Source of the DNA: Paraspadella gotoi
Lineage: Eukaryota; Animalia; Chaetognatha
Reading direction: 5' to 3'
Assembly: GCA_051294375.1 (NCBI GenBank)
Contig: CM119267.1
Location: 26,580,404-26,644,403, forward strand
Length of the DNA: 64,000 nucleotides
Shown: piece after piece, positions 36,533 to 50,520 of the stretch
How the letters are laid out: each line of letters opens with the position of its first letter
Position numbering within the stretch: the stretch's first letter is position 1
The notes under the pieces: model-generated
What the model was told of the DNA's origin: nothing
Seen by the model: the letters and a program-made list of their open reading frames with translations, nothing else
Databases searched by the model: none
Position numbers and translations under genes: made by a program

Positions 36533-36951
36533 GTGGTTTCGACGCGCCCCAAAATAAAATTATTATTTGCGAAAACACGTGCTCTTCAACAGAAGTGGAA
36601 TTGGTTCTCTCTCACGAACTCATCCATGCGTATGACTACTGTACTAATAACCTTACTTTTTCTAACTTACGGCAACTGGCATGTACGGAAGTCAGAGCTG
36701 CTAATTTCACTAGTTGTTCGTTTTCGGAATCGTTGATCACGCATTCGACTTTCCTGAAACTGAGAAGAAAGCATAGGGAATGCGTTTTTGCCAAAGCTGT
36801 CGGTTCCGTTTTGGCAGCAAGCCAAATCGACAAAAAAAGTGCAGAGAGCGTTGTAACAGAAGTGATGGATTTTTGCTATTCTACTATTAATCCTTTTACG
36901 AGGTTTCCTCCGTTTTTCAAGAGAGATTATTACGAAATGTATGATGAATAA
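36533..36951 (+). CDS. ATP23: ATP23 exon 2 (peptidase M76, HEXXH)
   Basis: ttttttag|GT acceptor gives GGFDAPQNKIIICEN...LSHELIHAYDYC...LACTEVRAANF...HRECV..KAVGSV...CY...PF; stop TAA at 36949-36951 overlapping AATAAA signals. Spliced product about 192 aa. Confidence 0.93.
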
Positions 36952-39900
36952 AAATAAAGCTTTTAAATAAAATATTTTTAATTCAGGACTATTAAAAGTT
37001 CTTTAAAAATATTTGATGACTAAAATAATTAGGTATAAAAACATTTTTTATACTGTTAGATGAACGGAATCAGAACATGCAATATATTTGTAGTATATTT
37101 TTTTTATCCGTTGGTTTAAAATTTGAGATAAAAAAGTTTGTTTGTTTTCACAACCAAATTTTTAATGAAAAAAAATCCCCTAATATTTTTTTTTTTTCAT
37201 TAAAAACGATTTTTCGCGGAAAAAGTCGCGGTGTACAGTCTCGTGGAAAAATTTATTCACTCTATTCTCATGCAAAATTCTTTATCTTGTGACCAAAATT
37301 TTTGCTCTCTGATTACTAACATATGCCTTATGGTCAAGAGAGCCTATGTTCGTTCGAATATGACTGTTTTTCATCAGTAAGATCGCAAAGATAATCAAAA
37401 TATGTAAAAAATCAGGCTAAAAGTAGCTTAAAACGGTGACAAAATTTCATACCATCGTCATTGTAATTGATCTGGGTTAAACTTGTTGATTAAAAAAAGT
37501 TATATTCAAACTCAATTTACTACTAGAGATCAAGAGCTATCTTTTAAACCTATTATTTTTTCATTTAAAGGAAATTTAAGGCATAACAATCAACCAAATA
37601 TCTCTAAATCAGAATGACAAAACAATATTGCTATTTTTTTTTTTTTTTTATTCATTTTGTGGCTGTGACTTGTTTGGCGTTTTAAGAAAGATCTAAGTAG
37701 CATTTTTTGGAAAATCATCTTCTTAGAACTTTAGGTATAAATTTTTATAAAAATATTTTTAAATTTAGTACACTTGAATGATTTTTAATTAATTAAAAAG
37801 TTGAATATTTAAATTTTTGAAAAAAAAATTGTCTCATTGAGAATTATAAATAAGGAACTTGTGAAATAATTTTGCATTTCAAAAAATAAGATTTTTTCCC
37901 AATCGATTTTGTCACAATCTAATGTTTTTATTTTTTTGATATAATTCTCAGTGAGCGCAATTTTTCGTTTTTTCTTTTTTTTTATGTTTTCCATAAGTAT
38001 TCAAGAGGGATATGGAAGACAGTTGTTCTTATCTTATGTTATTGTGATAATTTGCTATTGATTTTGATAAACCATTACTTTTAATAATAATACTGTAATG
38101 TTTTTAAATGAGCCAAAATTCTGAAATTGATGCAGAAACAAAGAGAAAGTGACAGAGAAAGAGTGAGGCAAAGAGTGAGAGCGAGAGAGCCAAAGCAAAA
38201 GTGAGAGAGAGAATTCAGATTGTTGTTGTTGCGAAGGTTGCACGTTCGAGGCTATCACAAATATTTTTTTTTTAACCAGGAGACGTCAGATAAGAAAGAT
38301 ATTGAATGTGATTGAAAAGTAAAAGCGCGGCACTGGTTAAGGAAGAAAGAGAGAGAGAGAGAGAAAGAGAGTCAGCAACTGTATGTACAACAAAGTGACC
38401 AACGGTAATGAACTCTATTGTACATGGTGACAATTTTAAGAGCACGGTAAAAAAACGCTATCATTTGAAAACCCATGAAGATTTTTTCAATGTTAAATAT
38501 TAATTTAAAAGTAACAAGTTTGAGCAAACAATGTCGGGTCTGACATGATATGAGTGAATGCCCGACAAGATTTAGGGGGTGGAAATACTGAAATTACTGG
38601 TTTAAGTTTTTTAAAACTCTTTATCATGGCCCTGTTACGAACTCATAACAGATTTCTTAATAAATCAATAAAAGAATCTGTCAATCAACTGATGAATCAG
38701 CCAATCAATCATTTTATCTCATAGATATAAAAATCAGAAAGAAAAAGAAGAGATGAATAAATATAAGAAAGAAAAATAAAAATAAAGAGAGAGTGATGAG
38801 AAGAAAGATAGCAAAATAATAACATGCACAAATGCGATGACTAATTTTACGAGTTCAATCCTATCCAATTTTTTTTAATAAAAACGTAGAGAGAGTGAGA
38901 GAGAGAAGTCAAATCATTTTCGGACGAATCAGCAGCGGCAGCAGCAGAGGCAGCAAGAAAAAAGAAAAAGATATATATAAAAATATAAAGGATTTATCGA
39001 TGCAATGATAACCATTTATTATTGTGACAATAGTATATGCATTGATATGCATTTGATATTGATATGCAATGATAATAGATCATTGATGATCTTTCAATCA
39101 ACTGATCAATCAGCCAATCAATAATTTAATGGGTAGGGAAGTGTGTGATTGAGCTGGATATGAAGTTTCGATGGAATCGTCCAAGTGGAAATGAGTTTAA
39201 ATGGAAAAGACAAAAAAATATATTTCACTATTTGAACACCAATTACTCATGAGTGGATGGGGCGATTGACCTTGAATTTTGTATTTGGGTAGGAAAGTGT
39301 GTGATTAAACTGGAAATCAAGTTTTGATGGAATCGTCTGAGTGGAAATGAGTTTAAATGGAAAAAACAAATAATCTGTTTCACTAATTGATTATGCTTCT
39401 TTTTTCTATTATATTAAATGTAAATGCAGGATGTAATAATTAATCAAATAATCAATTAGTCAATTAATTAATAATTAATCAAGTCAATCGTTATCGGCAT
39501 TATTCTCATCGTCGTTTGGTAGTTTCGTTAATCGTAAATTTTTTAGGAAATTCGCTTAACCGTTAAAACTAACATTTTTAACGGTTAACCGTTAAAATCG
39601 GTTAATTTTTTAATTTAACTGTAAATTTAAAATACTAATATTTAAAACAAACTAAAGTATTTAATGGTAATTTTCTCTTTAACTCTGGCTTCTGAATCTT
39701 CTTTATCTTCTGTTTCAGATAGATGAGATACACATTATAGTTAGTAAAAAAAAATTAGTTTGAGCATGAAATTACCTATGATAATTGAGCTTATCAGCTA
39801 ATCAAATAATACATCATGATAAATCTTGCATACAAGTTTTTTCTTTTGCCTTAAGCATAATACAAATATAAAAAAAGTCAAAGAAAGAAAAAGCACAATG

Positions 39901-40999
39901 TAATTCTAATTTTATATTATGTTTTCTCATTCTCTTTTTCTCTTTCTCTCTTTCGCTTTCTCTTTTTCTTTTTCTATTTCTTTTCTTTATTATTTTTCTA
40001 GTTGTTAGTCTTTCATAAACCATGACCATAATTATAAATATAAAATATGAATATTAGTTTGATTGAATGGTTTATTGATTGAGCTATTGATCAAAAGATT
40101 TATTGATTAATAAATATTTTTTTTCGTTTTATTAAAAAGTATATCATCATTGAAGGATATTTTTTTTAGTTAGCCTTAATGTCCTTTTAAGATTCCTTTT
40201 CAGATTTCTTCCTATTATTAATTTTTAAATTTTTTTCATAATAATTTTTTTCACTCATTTGGTTTTATTTCATTTGCTTCTTTGTTCGTTCTAAATAGGG
40301 AAAGAAAAAGAGAGAAAAAAAATAATTTATTTTTTATCGTCGTAATCGCTAAGCGTTTGCGACGATTTTGTAACGCTTTTGCGCAGTCATCGTTGTTGTT
40401 GGCGTCGTCGGCGTTCCAAATTATAGATCGCCTTTTTTATGGTTAAATTTGGGTGTATGAAGCTGAAAATTTATATACAGCTTCTCATCATCGATGTGCT
40501 TAAAATTGAGTCTGGACAGTTATTAAATATGTTTTGTTTACGTTTTATCAAAACAAACAAATATATTTTATTATTATTATTATTATTTTATTATTATTAT
40601 TATTTTTATTATTATACTTTATTATTTTTTTTTATTGACAATTGCATAATAGAATTTTTCTTTGTTTATAATTTAATTTTCTTTTCTCAAATTTTCTTTT
40701 TTTTAGTATCAAAATTTGTCGTCAATCCAGATTTTTCTTATGCTATTGCGTCGATCCTTATTATGCTTTTAAGATTTTTTAATAACAAAATAGAATAAAA
40801 AGTTTTTCATGTATGAATTTAATTTGTAAGAAAATGTATGTATTTGCATATATATTATATTTCAAAATATTCTTTGATGTAAGAGAGATGAGATGAGAGA
40901 GAGAGAGAAACAGAGAAACTTTTCTCTCTCTCTATCTCTCTTTCTCTCTTTCTCCCCTTCTTCTACACAAAATCTGTATAATATTTTCACAAACTAAAT

Positions 41000-41043
41000 T
41001 GACGCTGAAGAAGGCTTGTAAAAAAGACGAAACATGTACGTTG
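41000..41043 (+). ncRNA. Minimal hammerhead ribozyme motif
   Basis: gacg CTGAAGA a ggctt-gtaaaa-aagac GAAA catg TA cgtt; helix I gacg/cgtt; one mismatch in helix II. Confidence 0.6.
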
Positions 41044-44000
41044 TCATCTTGAAAATAAATCGTTAGTGCCAATTATTTCAAACTTTGTCTCTAAGATGCA
41101 AATGCATAAAATTAGTTGAAAGGAAAAACGAAAAAAAATTGGGAGAAAGTAAAAAAAAATACTGGAAGGGCAGAAAAAAAGGAGAGAAAAGAAAGGGGGG
41201 AAAGAAGGAGGGGAAAAGAGAGAAAGAAAAAGAAAGGAACAGAAGGGTATAGAGTAAGGGGCAGAAAGAATAAGAGAGATAAGGATAGAAAAAAGATTGG
41301 GGTTGATAATAAAAAAGGAAAAAAAACATTGAAAAAATGGAGAAGAGAGAGAGAAGAGGAAAAATATGGTGAGAAAGGGAGAGGAGAATAAGAGAGGACG
41401 GGAAAAAAATACTTTTCTTTTAAGAAATCAAAGATTTCTTAACAAATAATAACAAAAATCGTATTTGAAAATTAACCGAATTTAACCGTTAAAATTAATA
41501 TATTAACGGTTAAGTTAAAATTATAATAAACCGTTAATAACCGTTAAATTTTAACGGTTATCGGAACCCTAGTGTTTAGTGACGAAAAGACCTAAAAACA
41601 AACATTTGGGATCAAATTAATTAATTAACTTGAATAATTTAATTATTAATTAATTAATTACCGATAATGATCGTGGGCAAATCCGATATTTCTATCTTTC
41701 TATTTCTTCTATTTTAACCTACTTCCACTAGCTTGATTCCATTGAAACTTGAATTCCAGCTCAATGAACTAGTTTTTTAATCACGGACAAAATTTCAACT
41801 CAATTGATTTATCCAAACATAAGTAATAAGACTTTAAAGGTACGGGAGAAAGGACGGACAGACAGACAAATGTTTGAAGTTTTTGATATCAAACGACAGC
41901 TTTAACAGAAGAGATTCTGACTGCATTGTTTTTTAAGAGATATGTTGTTTACATGTTACAGAATAGACCAATCTTCTTTTTAGTTTGAATTCTGATGGCA
42001 TTTATGTATTTAACTATATCTTGAGAGCTTTAAGAGATTTTTAAGAGAGTAATGACCTAGGATGAGAAACAATAAAAAATAAATAAATAAATAAATAAAA
42101 ATAAAGAATAAAAATCAATAATAAAATTTTTTTTTAACTGCATAGTTTATTCTACGAGACTGTACATCGCGTCATAAACATCAACAATTTAAAGAAAGCT
42201 TTTAAAATTTTTGGTAATGAATCAGAATCTGGCTAAAAAAAAATTAAATTTACAGGGATGTTTTTCGACAAAGAAAATACAATTAGTGAATATCGTTATG
42301 TTAAAATTTTTAGTCGGATCTGCTTATCAGCAGATTCCGACTCTATAATTCACTTTGTCGGTCCCACCCTTAAATTTTGTCGGTAAATCATCACATCAGA
42401 ACATCGTGCTAAATTAAGCAAAAAAAAAACGATGTCCGTCCGTCCGTCTGTCCCTCCCCCCTTAGCAAAAAACGCCAATTACTCGTAATTGAATGGATGG
42501 ATTGGAATGAAATTTTGTGTGTGGGTACTGGGTAGGAAAGTATGTGATTGAGCTGGATATAAAGTTTCGATGGAATCGTCCCAGTGGAAATGAGTTAAGA
42601 TGGAAAAAACCAAAGTTAAGTTAACTTGAATTTTTATTATTTATGCTTACTAATGAATGTTTTAATTAATTTATTATTTAATGCAAGTTGAATTCAACTT
42701 GCATTAATTTTTCAATATGCATAATTTTTTTAACTTGCATCATTTTTTCAAATTACGTCTTTTTTTTTACTTAATTAATCAAATAATTATTTAATTAAAA
42801 CATTCATGAGTAAGCATAAATAATAAAAATTCAAGTTAACTTAACTTTGGTTTTTTCCATGCAAACTCATTTGTTACAAGTTGAAAGAATGATGCAAGTT
42901 GAATGAATGATAAAAAAAATGATGCGAATAAAAAAAATGATGTAAAAAATGTGTAAAAAATGCTGCGAGCGGAGAAAATGATATTTGAACGCTAATTTCT
43001 CATGAGTGGATGGGGCGATTGACTTGAAATTTTGAATATGGGTAGGACCGTAGGAAAGTGTTGTTTAAGCTGGAAATCAAGTTTAGAAGGAATCGTCTTA
43101 GTGGAAATGAGTTTAAATGGAAAAAACAAAAAAACGTATTGATTGTTTTTTTTTTATATTAAATGTAAATACGAGATTTATTAATTAATCAAATAATTAA
43201 TCAGTTAATAAATCATTTGGTCAGTTAATCAATCAATTAATTATTCAATCAATCGATTAATTTATTGATTGATTAAATAATTGATAAATAAATTAACTCA
43301 ATCGTTATCGGCATTATTGTCGTCGCCATCATAGTCGTCGTTGCTTTTGTGACGAAGTGACGAAAAGACCTAAAAACAAATATTTATTAATGAATTACCG
43401 CTAATGATGGTGGGCAGATGCGACATTGTTTGCTCAAACTTGTTAGTTTCTCGATCTCTTTTAAACTATTTTAAAAATAATGATTACTTGCTCTCTACCG
43501 CTCAACAATAAGGCGTAGTGAAAGTTGCATACGAAAATTCTATTCTATTCTATACGAAAAGTCAATTATGAACAACATACCATTAGTGAACATTAATTTG
43601 TAAAAAAAAAATAATTTTATGTTTTTTAATTTTTGCAGTAGACTATATTTATATATAGTACTATCCTTATAAAATCGAAAATTTTCAAAATAAGCTTTTC
43701 TTAATTTTGAATGCAGATTTTATTAATCCTTTCTTTTGTTGTTTGTTGAGATTAATTAAAAATAAAAATTTTCCTACGAAAAAATCCCAGCCTAACTAAC
43801 TCCACCACAATACTCTCTCAACCTATGACAGGCCTATGAACCAAAATTCATTAGTAATATCCCTCATTTGCCCGGCTGGGGGGGGGACCAGCTCATTTTG
43901 AGCTCTTTCTTTACTTATTTTTCTCTTACCTCTTTATCTTAATTATCCCTCACAAACTATCCATTTCCATTTCATTTTCAATATTTCACTATTTCAAAAA

Positions 44001-44193
44001 TGCACAAACAGCCTAATTTAATTTATTTCAATCTTTGTTATGTCTAGTTTATAATACTATTTATCTTTGTTGTACATTGCCTAATGTATACTATTATTTC
44101 TCTCTCTCTCTGTGTCTCTCTCTCCCTCTCTCTCTCCCTTTTCACCAATTTCACATTCACTCTCCTTTTCATCGCTGTCCTCATCTTCACTTA

Positions 44194-44758
44194 GGCGTAG
44201 TGAAAGTTACATACGAAAATTCTAAAAGTCAATTATGAACAACATACATCAGTGAACATTAATTTGTAAAAAAAATTAATTTTATGTTTTTTAATTTTCG
44301 CAGTAGGCTATATTTATATATAGTACTATCCTTATAAAATCGAAAAATTTCAAAATAGGCTTTTCTTAATTTTGATTGCAGATTTGAATTTCTCGTCAAA
44401 AGTTGATAAAAGAAAATATATATCATTTTTAAAAATTAATATATAAAAAATTAATTTTCAGCTTAAAATATAGCTTTTTCTAATTTTTGACCCACTTAAT
44501 GAAGGAATTTTTCAAAAAGAGTTATATTTCTTTTCATCAACTTTTTATGACAAATCCAAATCTGCAAAAAAAATCTTAGAAAACACTGTTTTGAAATTTT
44601 AACATTTATTGGTTTAATACTAGTATAAATATGGTCTACTGCGTAAATTGTAAAATTTATTATAAATATTTTTTTTGCATAAATGTTCATGTATAATGTT
44701 GTTCGTTCCTCACTTTTAGATTTTTAATTAAAGTTAAACTGAGGAATTTTACTACGTC
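44194..44758. mobile_element. PIF/Harbinger (Tourist)-like MITE
   Basis: tta|ggcgtagtgaaa...ttttactacgtc|tta: terminal inverted repeats with a TTA duplication; partial copies begin taa|ggcgtagt at about 43512 and 47925. Confidence 0.55.
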
Positions 44759-44884
44759 TTAATCTTCACCTGTCCTCACATCTGACCACTTTCCTTTACT
44801 AAATTCTTTGTTGGAACTCTCCCTCTCTCTCTCTCTTTCTCTCTCTCTCTCAATGTTTGTGAAATAAATTATTTTTGATTTCAA

Positions 44885-44925
44885 ATGCTGATGAAGGCTT
44901 GAGTTGTAAGCCGAAACATGTCCAA
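44885..44925 (+). ncRNA. Minimal hammerhead ribozyme motif
   Basis: tg CTGATGA a ggctt-gagttgt-aagcc GAAA catg TC ca. Confidence 0.7.
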
Positions 44926-45215
44926 AGTTAATAAAAAACTTTGTTGTTCCACAAAAATTTTCGTTTTTAATTGATTGCAGATTTGAATTCCTCGTCAAAA
45001 GTTGATAAAAGAAAATATAAATCATTTTTAAAAATTATTTCATTAATTGGGTTCAAAATTTAAAAAACTATATTTAATATATAAAAAGTTAATTTTCAGC
45101 TTAAAATATAGCTTTTTCTAATTTTAGAATCTTAGAAAAAACTGTTTTGAAATTTTAACATTTATTGGTTTAGTACTAGTATAAATATGGCCTACTGCGT
45201 AAATTGTAAAATTTA

Positions 45216-45453
45216 TCGCCTCATGTCCACCATCCTTAAGCCAAATCCATTGGATCAGAGGGGGAACACACCATCCCAGGCGTAGTGTTCCATCCACAGT
45301 CCTAACGACTTCCCTCTACGTTGGCAAAGCGAGACCGTCCTAGGGTAACCGCGCCAGTGACTGGAGGCGTCACTGAGGGTCGGAAGCCCCCAAAGCCAAC
45401 AGTGAGATGCCCCATTCCAATGGGCATCACAGGCAACCCGGCTGTTGCCATAA
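45216..45453 (+). repeat. Dispersed GC-richer repeat; inverted copy at about 61797-61978
   Basis: acaccatcccaggcgtagtgttccatccacagtcctaac and catcacaggcaacccggctgttgccataa both occur reverse-complemented near 61800-61930. Confidence 0.7.
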
Positions 45454-46341
45454 TATAGCTCGTTTTACGACCGTCTCAGAAAAGGCTTGGGCGACTGTTT
45501 TGAGAATCTGTTGCGCAAAACCAAGCAGAATCAAAAATCCTCGGTCTCTCCGGTGTCCAACTTTAGCAAGGATCGGGACCATGGACAGGCTTATTTTGTG
45601 ATGAAAAATTATCCTAATGCCTCACCTCGAGATGCTTAGGAAGATCTTTGCCAAACGGATCCCGACATTTGTCCTGACGTCTACCAGTTCACTCGGATTT
45701 CATCGAACACATTTGACGCATCTTGGAACAATCCGTCCTATTTTGCTGTTACCCTTCTTAGAACCCAATATGATTCATTATTGAAGAAAGAAAACTTAGT
45801 TCCCATTGTGAGACACGACGCTCGCACGCTGGCCTTCCACTGGCCTCCTTTTAATTTGGTCGATGGAGATGAGGCACGAAGGAACGAGAGCCGCCTTGAT
45901 GAATTAGCGTGGTGGGAGAAGCAAGTCGCCGTCTTTTATTACATCGGGGCCATTAACGTGACTCATCAACGCCGCGACTCTTTTCTCACCGAAACCCCGA
46001 TAACCAGTCCATTTTCGGGAAGCTATGAACCTATGGCAGTTGAAAATTTCCCGCCCTCGGTTGATACGCTTTTGCTGGTTACCTGGCCTTTGACGACAAG
46101 TTCCATCAATTCTGCCAATCTTGAATTTCGGTTCCGTGGACGCGATTTAACGGCTCATCGCGTCTCTGCGTCGGTTTTAGAGTTTTCGCGGGCAAAGACG
46201 GAAAGATTTGACTCGGCGTTTTCTTTAATTGTTTCTTTGAATCCAGAACCAGAAAAAAGAATTCATCGCATCAATCAATCCATCGTCGCATCAATTTGGA
46301 TATCCCGAAGAACTCGGAGCATCGTAAACGCAATCAATTAA
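45454..46341 (+). pseudogene. Orphan ~295-codon reading frame with a single in-frame TAG (45637-45639), 5' end abutting a dispersed repeat
   Basis: The listed ORF 45781-46341 extends upstream in the same frame to 45454 with one stop; exon-like GC content; no family recognised. Confidence 0.45.
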
Positions 46342-46703
46342 AGCCGTCAACCAACAGCTACGTAAGCTACGACCCCCTATAACCGGTCCATGGGTGGCTG
46401 CAGCTCAGATGAAATTATAATTAACTATTTCAAAAGCTATTCTTGAGCTCAATTGCCATTATTAATTCCACAATAATTTTACTTTTATTTTTTCGTTGAA
46501 AGCCGCGTAAGAAAATTTCGCTTGCTGTATATGTATTTTATATTCTGGCCTTTTGAAAGATGTCGGTATGTCTGATTAAAAACCAATTTAGAGTTCCAAA
46601 TTTAATTATTTAGGTTTTTAGGTATCGAAGTAGCCTTTAAAGGATATTCACTTCTAAGACTTTCCTAAAAGTTAAAGATTTGTCAATTATAATAAGAGCA
46701 AAG

Positions 46704-47379
46704 ATGACTTCGCGGTTTAACCTCTCTCTCTTTACCGCGGTCTGCTTAGCGGCCTATTTCTCCTTCATTGCGGATCAGTTGGAGGTCCACGGCGCTTTTG
46801 CGTTAAATTCGTCATCCGATTCTTTTATTAGCGCTGCCACCGACGCGTTTGCCTCTTTGAACGCATCTGAGGAAAACAACGACATCGCAACGAAGCTGAG
46901 TAGCACGACCACACCCGGCAACTTAACGCCGACAACGATGACGCCCGGCACCTCAACGCCGACGATGCCGCCCAGCTCCTCGCCGACGACGCCGCCCGGC
47001 TCCTCGCCGACCACGACGCCCGGCAACTGGACTCCGCCCGGCACCTTGATGCCGACGTCGCCCGGCACGCCGACGACATCGCCCGGCACAACGACGACGT
47101 TGCCCGGCACCTCGATGACGATTCCCGGCACCTCGACGCTGATGACGACGTCGCCCGGCCCCTCGACGCCGATGACGACGTCGCCCGGCACCTCAATGCC
47201 AACAACGCCGCCCGTCACCATGACTCCGTCGACGCCACCTCACCCGCCAATTCTCTCTTTCGTTGTGATTCGGGGAAACGAGACGCTGCTGAGAGCGAAA
47301 CTCGGCGCCAGGATTCGAATCCACGACGATGACGGCAAAGACTTTGTTGTTGATCTTCCCAACAGGACCATTGCCACTG
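46704..47379 (+). CDS. LAMP/CD68-like glycoprotein exon 1 (signal peptide, Thr/Pro mucin stalk, start of LAMP-like beta domain)
   Basis: Hydrophobic N-terminus MTSRFNLSLFTAVCLAAYFSF, several N-x-S/T sequons, TTPG repeats, then SFVVIRGNETLLRAKLGARIRI...VVDLPNRTIATG resembling the LAMP domain start; donor G|gttggt, phase 1. Confidence 0.68.
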
Positions 47380-47508
47380 GTTGGTCGGGTCAAGGAGAGG
47401 AGGACTGGGCGGAGGGGGAAGGAAATTGGATTGTTAATTGGGTTGGCGGCCCGCTTTAGGTGTCTCTTCTCGTCAAATTTGTTGATATCGTAAATCTCGT
47501 TCTCACAG

Positions 47509-47631
47509 GCTCCACGAATTGGCTTCTCCTCACTTTTGATTCCCACAAATTGATTTTCGTCTTCGTCAACGATTCCGTTGAAGTTTCCTACGAAACTTGG
47601 AGATTGTATGGGATCACCTTCACCGATCGGA
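47509..47631 (+). CDS. LAMP-like glycoprotein exon 2
   Basis: ctcacag| acceptor, 123 nt, open in phase: GSTNWLLLTFDSHKLIFVFVNDSVEVSYETWRLYGITFTDR (LAMP-like L.L.F...L.F.F...W.L..I.F); canonical donor A|gtgagt. Downstream exons not located. Confidence 0.65.
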
Positions 47632-50520
47632 GTGAGTAACTCGGATCATTTATTCTCATGATTGATACTAATAAAGTATCGAACTAAAATAAATGTATAT
47701 CATAATATATAATAATTTAATAATCATCTACTTCTACAAAAGAAGTGAGACGAGCTCTCTCCTGATCCACTTTTATCATCGCCCGGACCAACTTGACCTT
47801 ACGGTCTCCTCGGCCCTATTACTCTGTCCAGTAGAGTGGTGTGAAAATGATAAAATTTTAGAAAATTAAAATTCTATTTTTTAATTTTATACATTAGTGG
47901 GCACCAGTGAGCTATATTTATTAAGGCGTAGTAAAATTTCTAAATTTAACTTTAATTAAAATTCTAAAAGTGAGGAACGAACAACATTATACTAATGAAC
48001 ATTTATGTAATAAAATAATTTCTAATAAATTTTACAATTTACACAGTAGGCCATATTTATACTAGTACTAAACCAATAAATGTTAAAATTTCAAAACAGT
48101 TTTTTCTAAGATTTTTTTGCAGATTTGGATTCGTCATAAAAAGTTGGTAAAAAGAAATATAACTCTTTTTTAAAAATTCCTTCATTAAGTGGGTTAAAAA
48201 TTAGAAAAATATATTTTGTTTACATTTTATCAAAACAAACAAATTTTCTCTCTTTTATTTTCATATTTCTTTCTCTCTCTCTTTTTTCTTTTAATTACAT
48301 GTCTCTCTCCCTCTCTCTTTTTCCTAGTCACTGATTCATAATCATAGGTAGCGGTAGCCGCACTCAATGGGGTGAGTCAAAAATTTAGAGTGAGTACATG
48401 CTCAAACGAATATTTAGACATTTTTAAGAATACTTTCAATGGACAAAAAATTTCTAATATGGCTCTATACCCTAGTAATTAATTTTTTAATATTTATTTA
48501 TTGATAAGACAGGTCAAAAAATTTTTTGAGAATTTTTAAATTTTAAGACCAGATTCAGATAGCTCATAAAAAGTTGTCTACACAAAGTATGATTCTTTTT
48601 TAAATATTTTTACGATAAGTGTGTCAAAAATAAGAAAAACTGTAAAAAATCATAATCATCTTTTGATGATTTTATCAGTTTTTCTATATTTTCACTTAGA
48701 AAACGTAAGAATTTTTAAAAGCTGTAATTATATTTTTTGTTTAACTTTTTATGCTCTATCAGAATCCATCAAAAAATTTTAAGATTTAAAAAAAAAATTT
48801 TTTGCTCTATATAGTAATATAATATTTTTAATTAGGCGAGTACCCTCAGAAGAAAGCATTTTTGACAAAAAATATTTTAATACCATAATCTATGGTCATG
48901 ATAGATTATTTTAACGCTGTATACATTAGCATTTAAATTTCATCGGCTATGGCTATCATAGGGGAAAAAAACGAGCCTGCAGCTGGCTCTGCAAAGGCTT
49001 ATTCTTTTTCTCTCTTTTCTCCTGCTGCTTCTGCCTTTTGATTTCTTTCTTTGCAGCTGGCTCTGCAGGGGCTCTTTCTTTTTCTCTTTTTTTCTGCTGC
49101 TTCTGCTGCTGTCTTTTGATTTCTTTCTCTCTCTCTCTCTTTCTCTCTTCTAAAAATTTTTATTATCGCCATTTATACTCAAATTTACATCTGAGATTTT
49201 CGTGGATTTTTTTCGTGGATTATTTTTTTTTTATATTCTTTATTTTTCTCAAATTTAATTTTTTTAGTATCGAAATTTGTCATCAATCCAGATTTTTCTT
49301 ATGCAATTGCGACGATCCTATTGCTTTTAAGATTTTTTTAGTCGGATCTGCTTATCAGCAGATCCCGAATCTATAATTCACTTTGTCGGTCCGTCGGTCC
49401 GCCCCCTCAATATTGTCGGGCACTCACTTATATCATGTCAGAACATCGAATTATGATAAATTATGCAAAAAAAAAAGATGTCCGTCCGTCTCTGTCCGTT
49501 CGTCCGTCCCACCTTAGCAAATAACACCAATTACTAGTGATTGAATGGATGGATTGGAATGAAATTTTGTGTGTGGGTAGGGAAGTGAGTGATTGAGCTG
49601 GATATGAAATTTTGATGGAATCGTCCGAGTGGAAATGAGTTTAAATGTAAAAAACAAAAAAATATATTTCACTATTTGAACACCAATTACTCATGAGTGG
49701 ATAGGGTGATTGACTTTAAATTTTGTATTTGGGTAGAAAGGTGTGTGATTAAACTGGATATGAAGTTTCGATGGAATCGTCCAAGTGGAAATGAGTTTAA
49801 ATGGAAAAAACAAAGAACCTGTTTCACTAATTGATTATGCTTCTTTTTCTTTTTATTTTAAATGTAAATGCAAGATGTATTAATTAATCATTAATTAATC
49901 AGTCAATCAATCAAGTCAATCGTTATCGGCATTATTCTCATCGTCGTCATTGCTTTTGTCCTAGTTAATGACAAAGTCCTAAAAACAAACATTTGGGATC
50001 AAATTAATTAATTAATTGTCTAATTAATTAATTAACTTGAATTATTTAATTAATAATTAATTAATTAATAATTAATTAATTTTCGATAATGATCGTGGGC
50101 AGATCCAACATTGTTTGCTCAAACTTGTTAATATATTCTTTTACCGGCCAATGTAGAATGCTGGCAATATTGCTATTGTTAAGATTCAAAAAAATCCGAT
50201 CATAATTATAGAAAATATTAACCAAAATTTTTGGAAAATCCACCCCTTCTTTGGAAGATTTTCGCCATAGAAGATTTTTCCCAAATCTGACTCCCGGTTG
50301 AAAACTCTTTTACTTTTAATAAAAATTTCACCAAAATGGACTAATTCACTTTACCATGATCATATCATATTAAAATAAATAAATAAAATGTAAAGAAAAA
50401 TTTTGAGAGCCCTTCAGACATATGGCTATCGGATTCCTGAATTTGAATAGGGTAACTTGGAATGTTCAAAGAATGTCCTTAGAAATAGAAGGTTCTCACT
50501 TAAGAAAAGCACGGTTAGTA

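Noticed and set aside
47740-47832. Third exon of the LAMP-like gene
   Set aside because: GC-richer patch, but the AG acceptors I tried give in-frame stops in the required phase.
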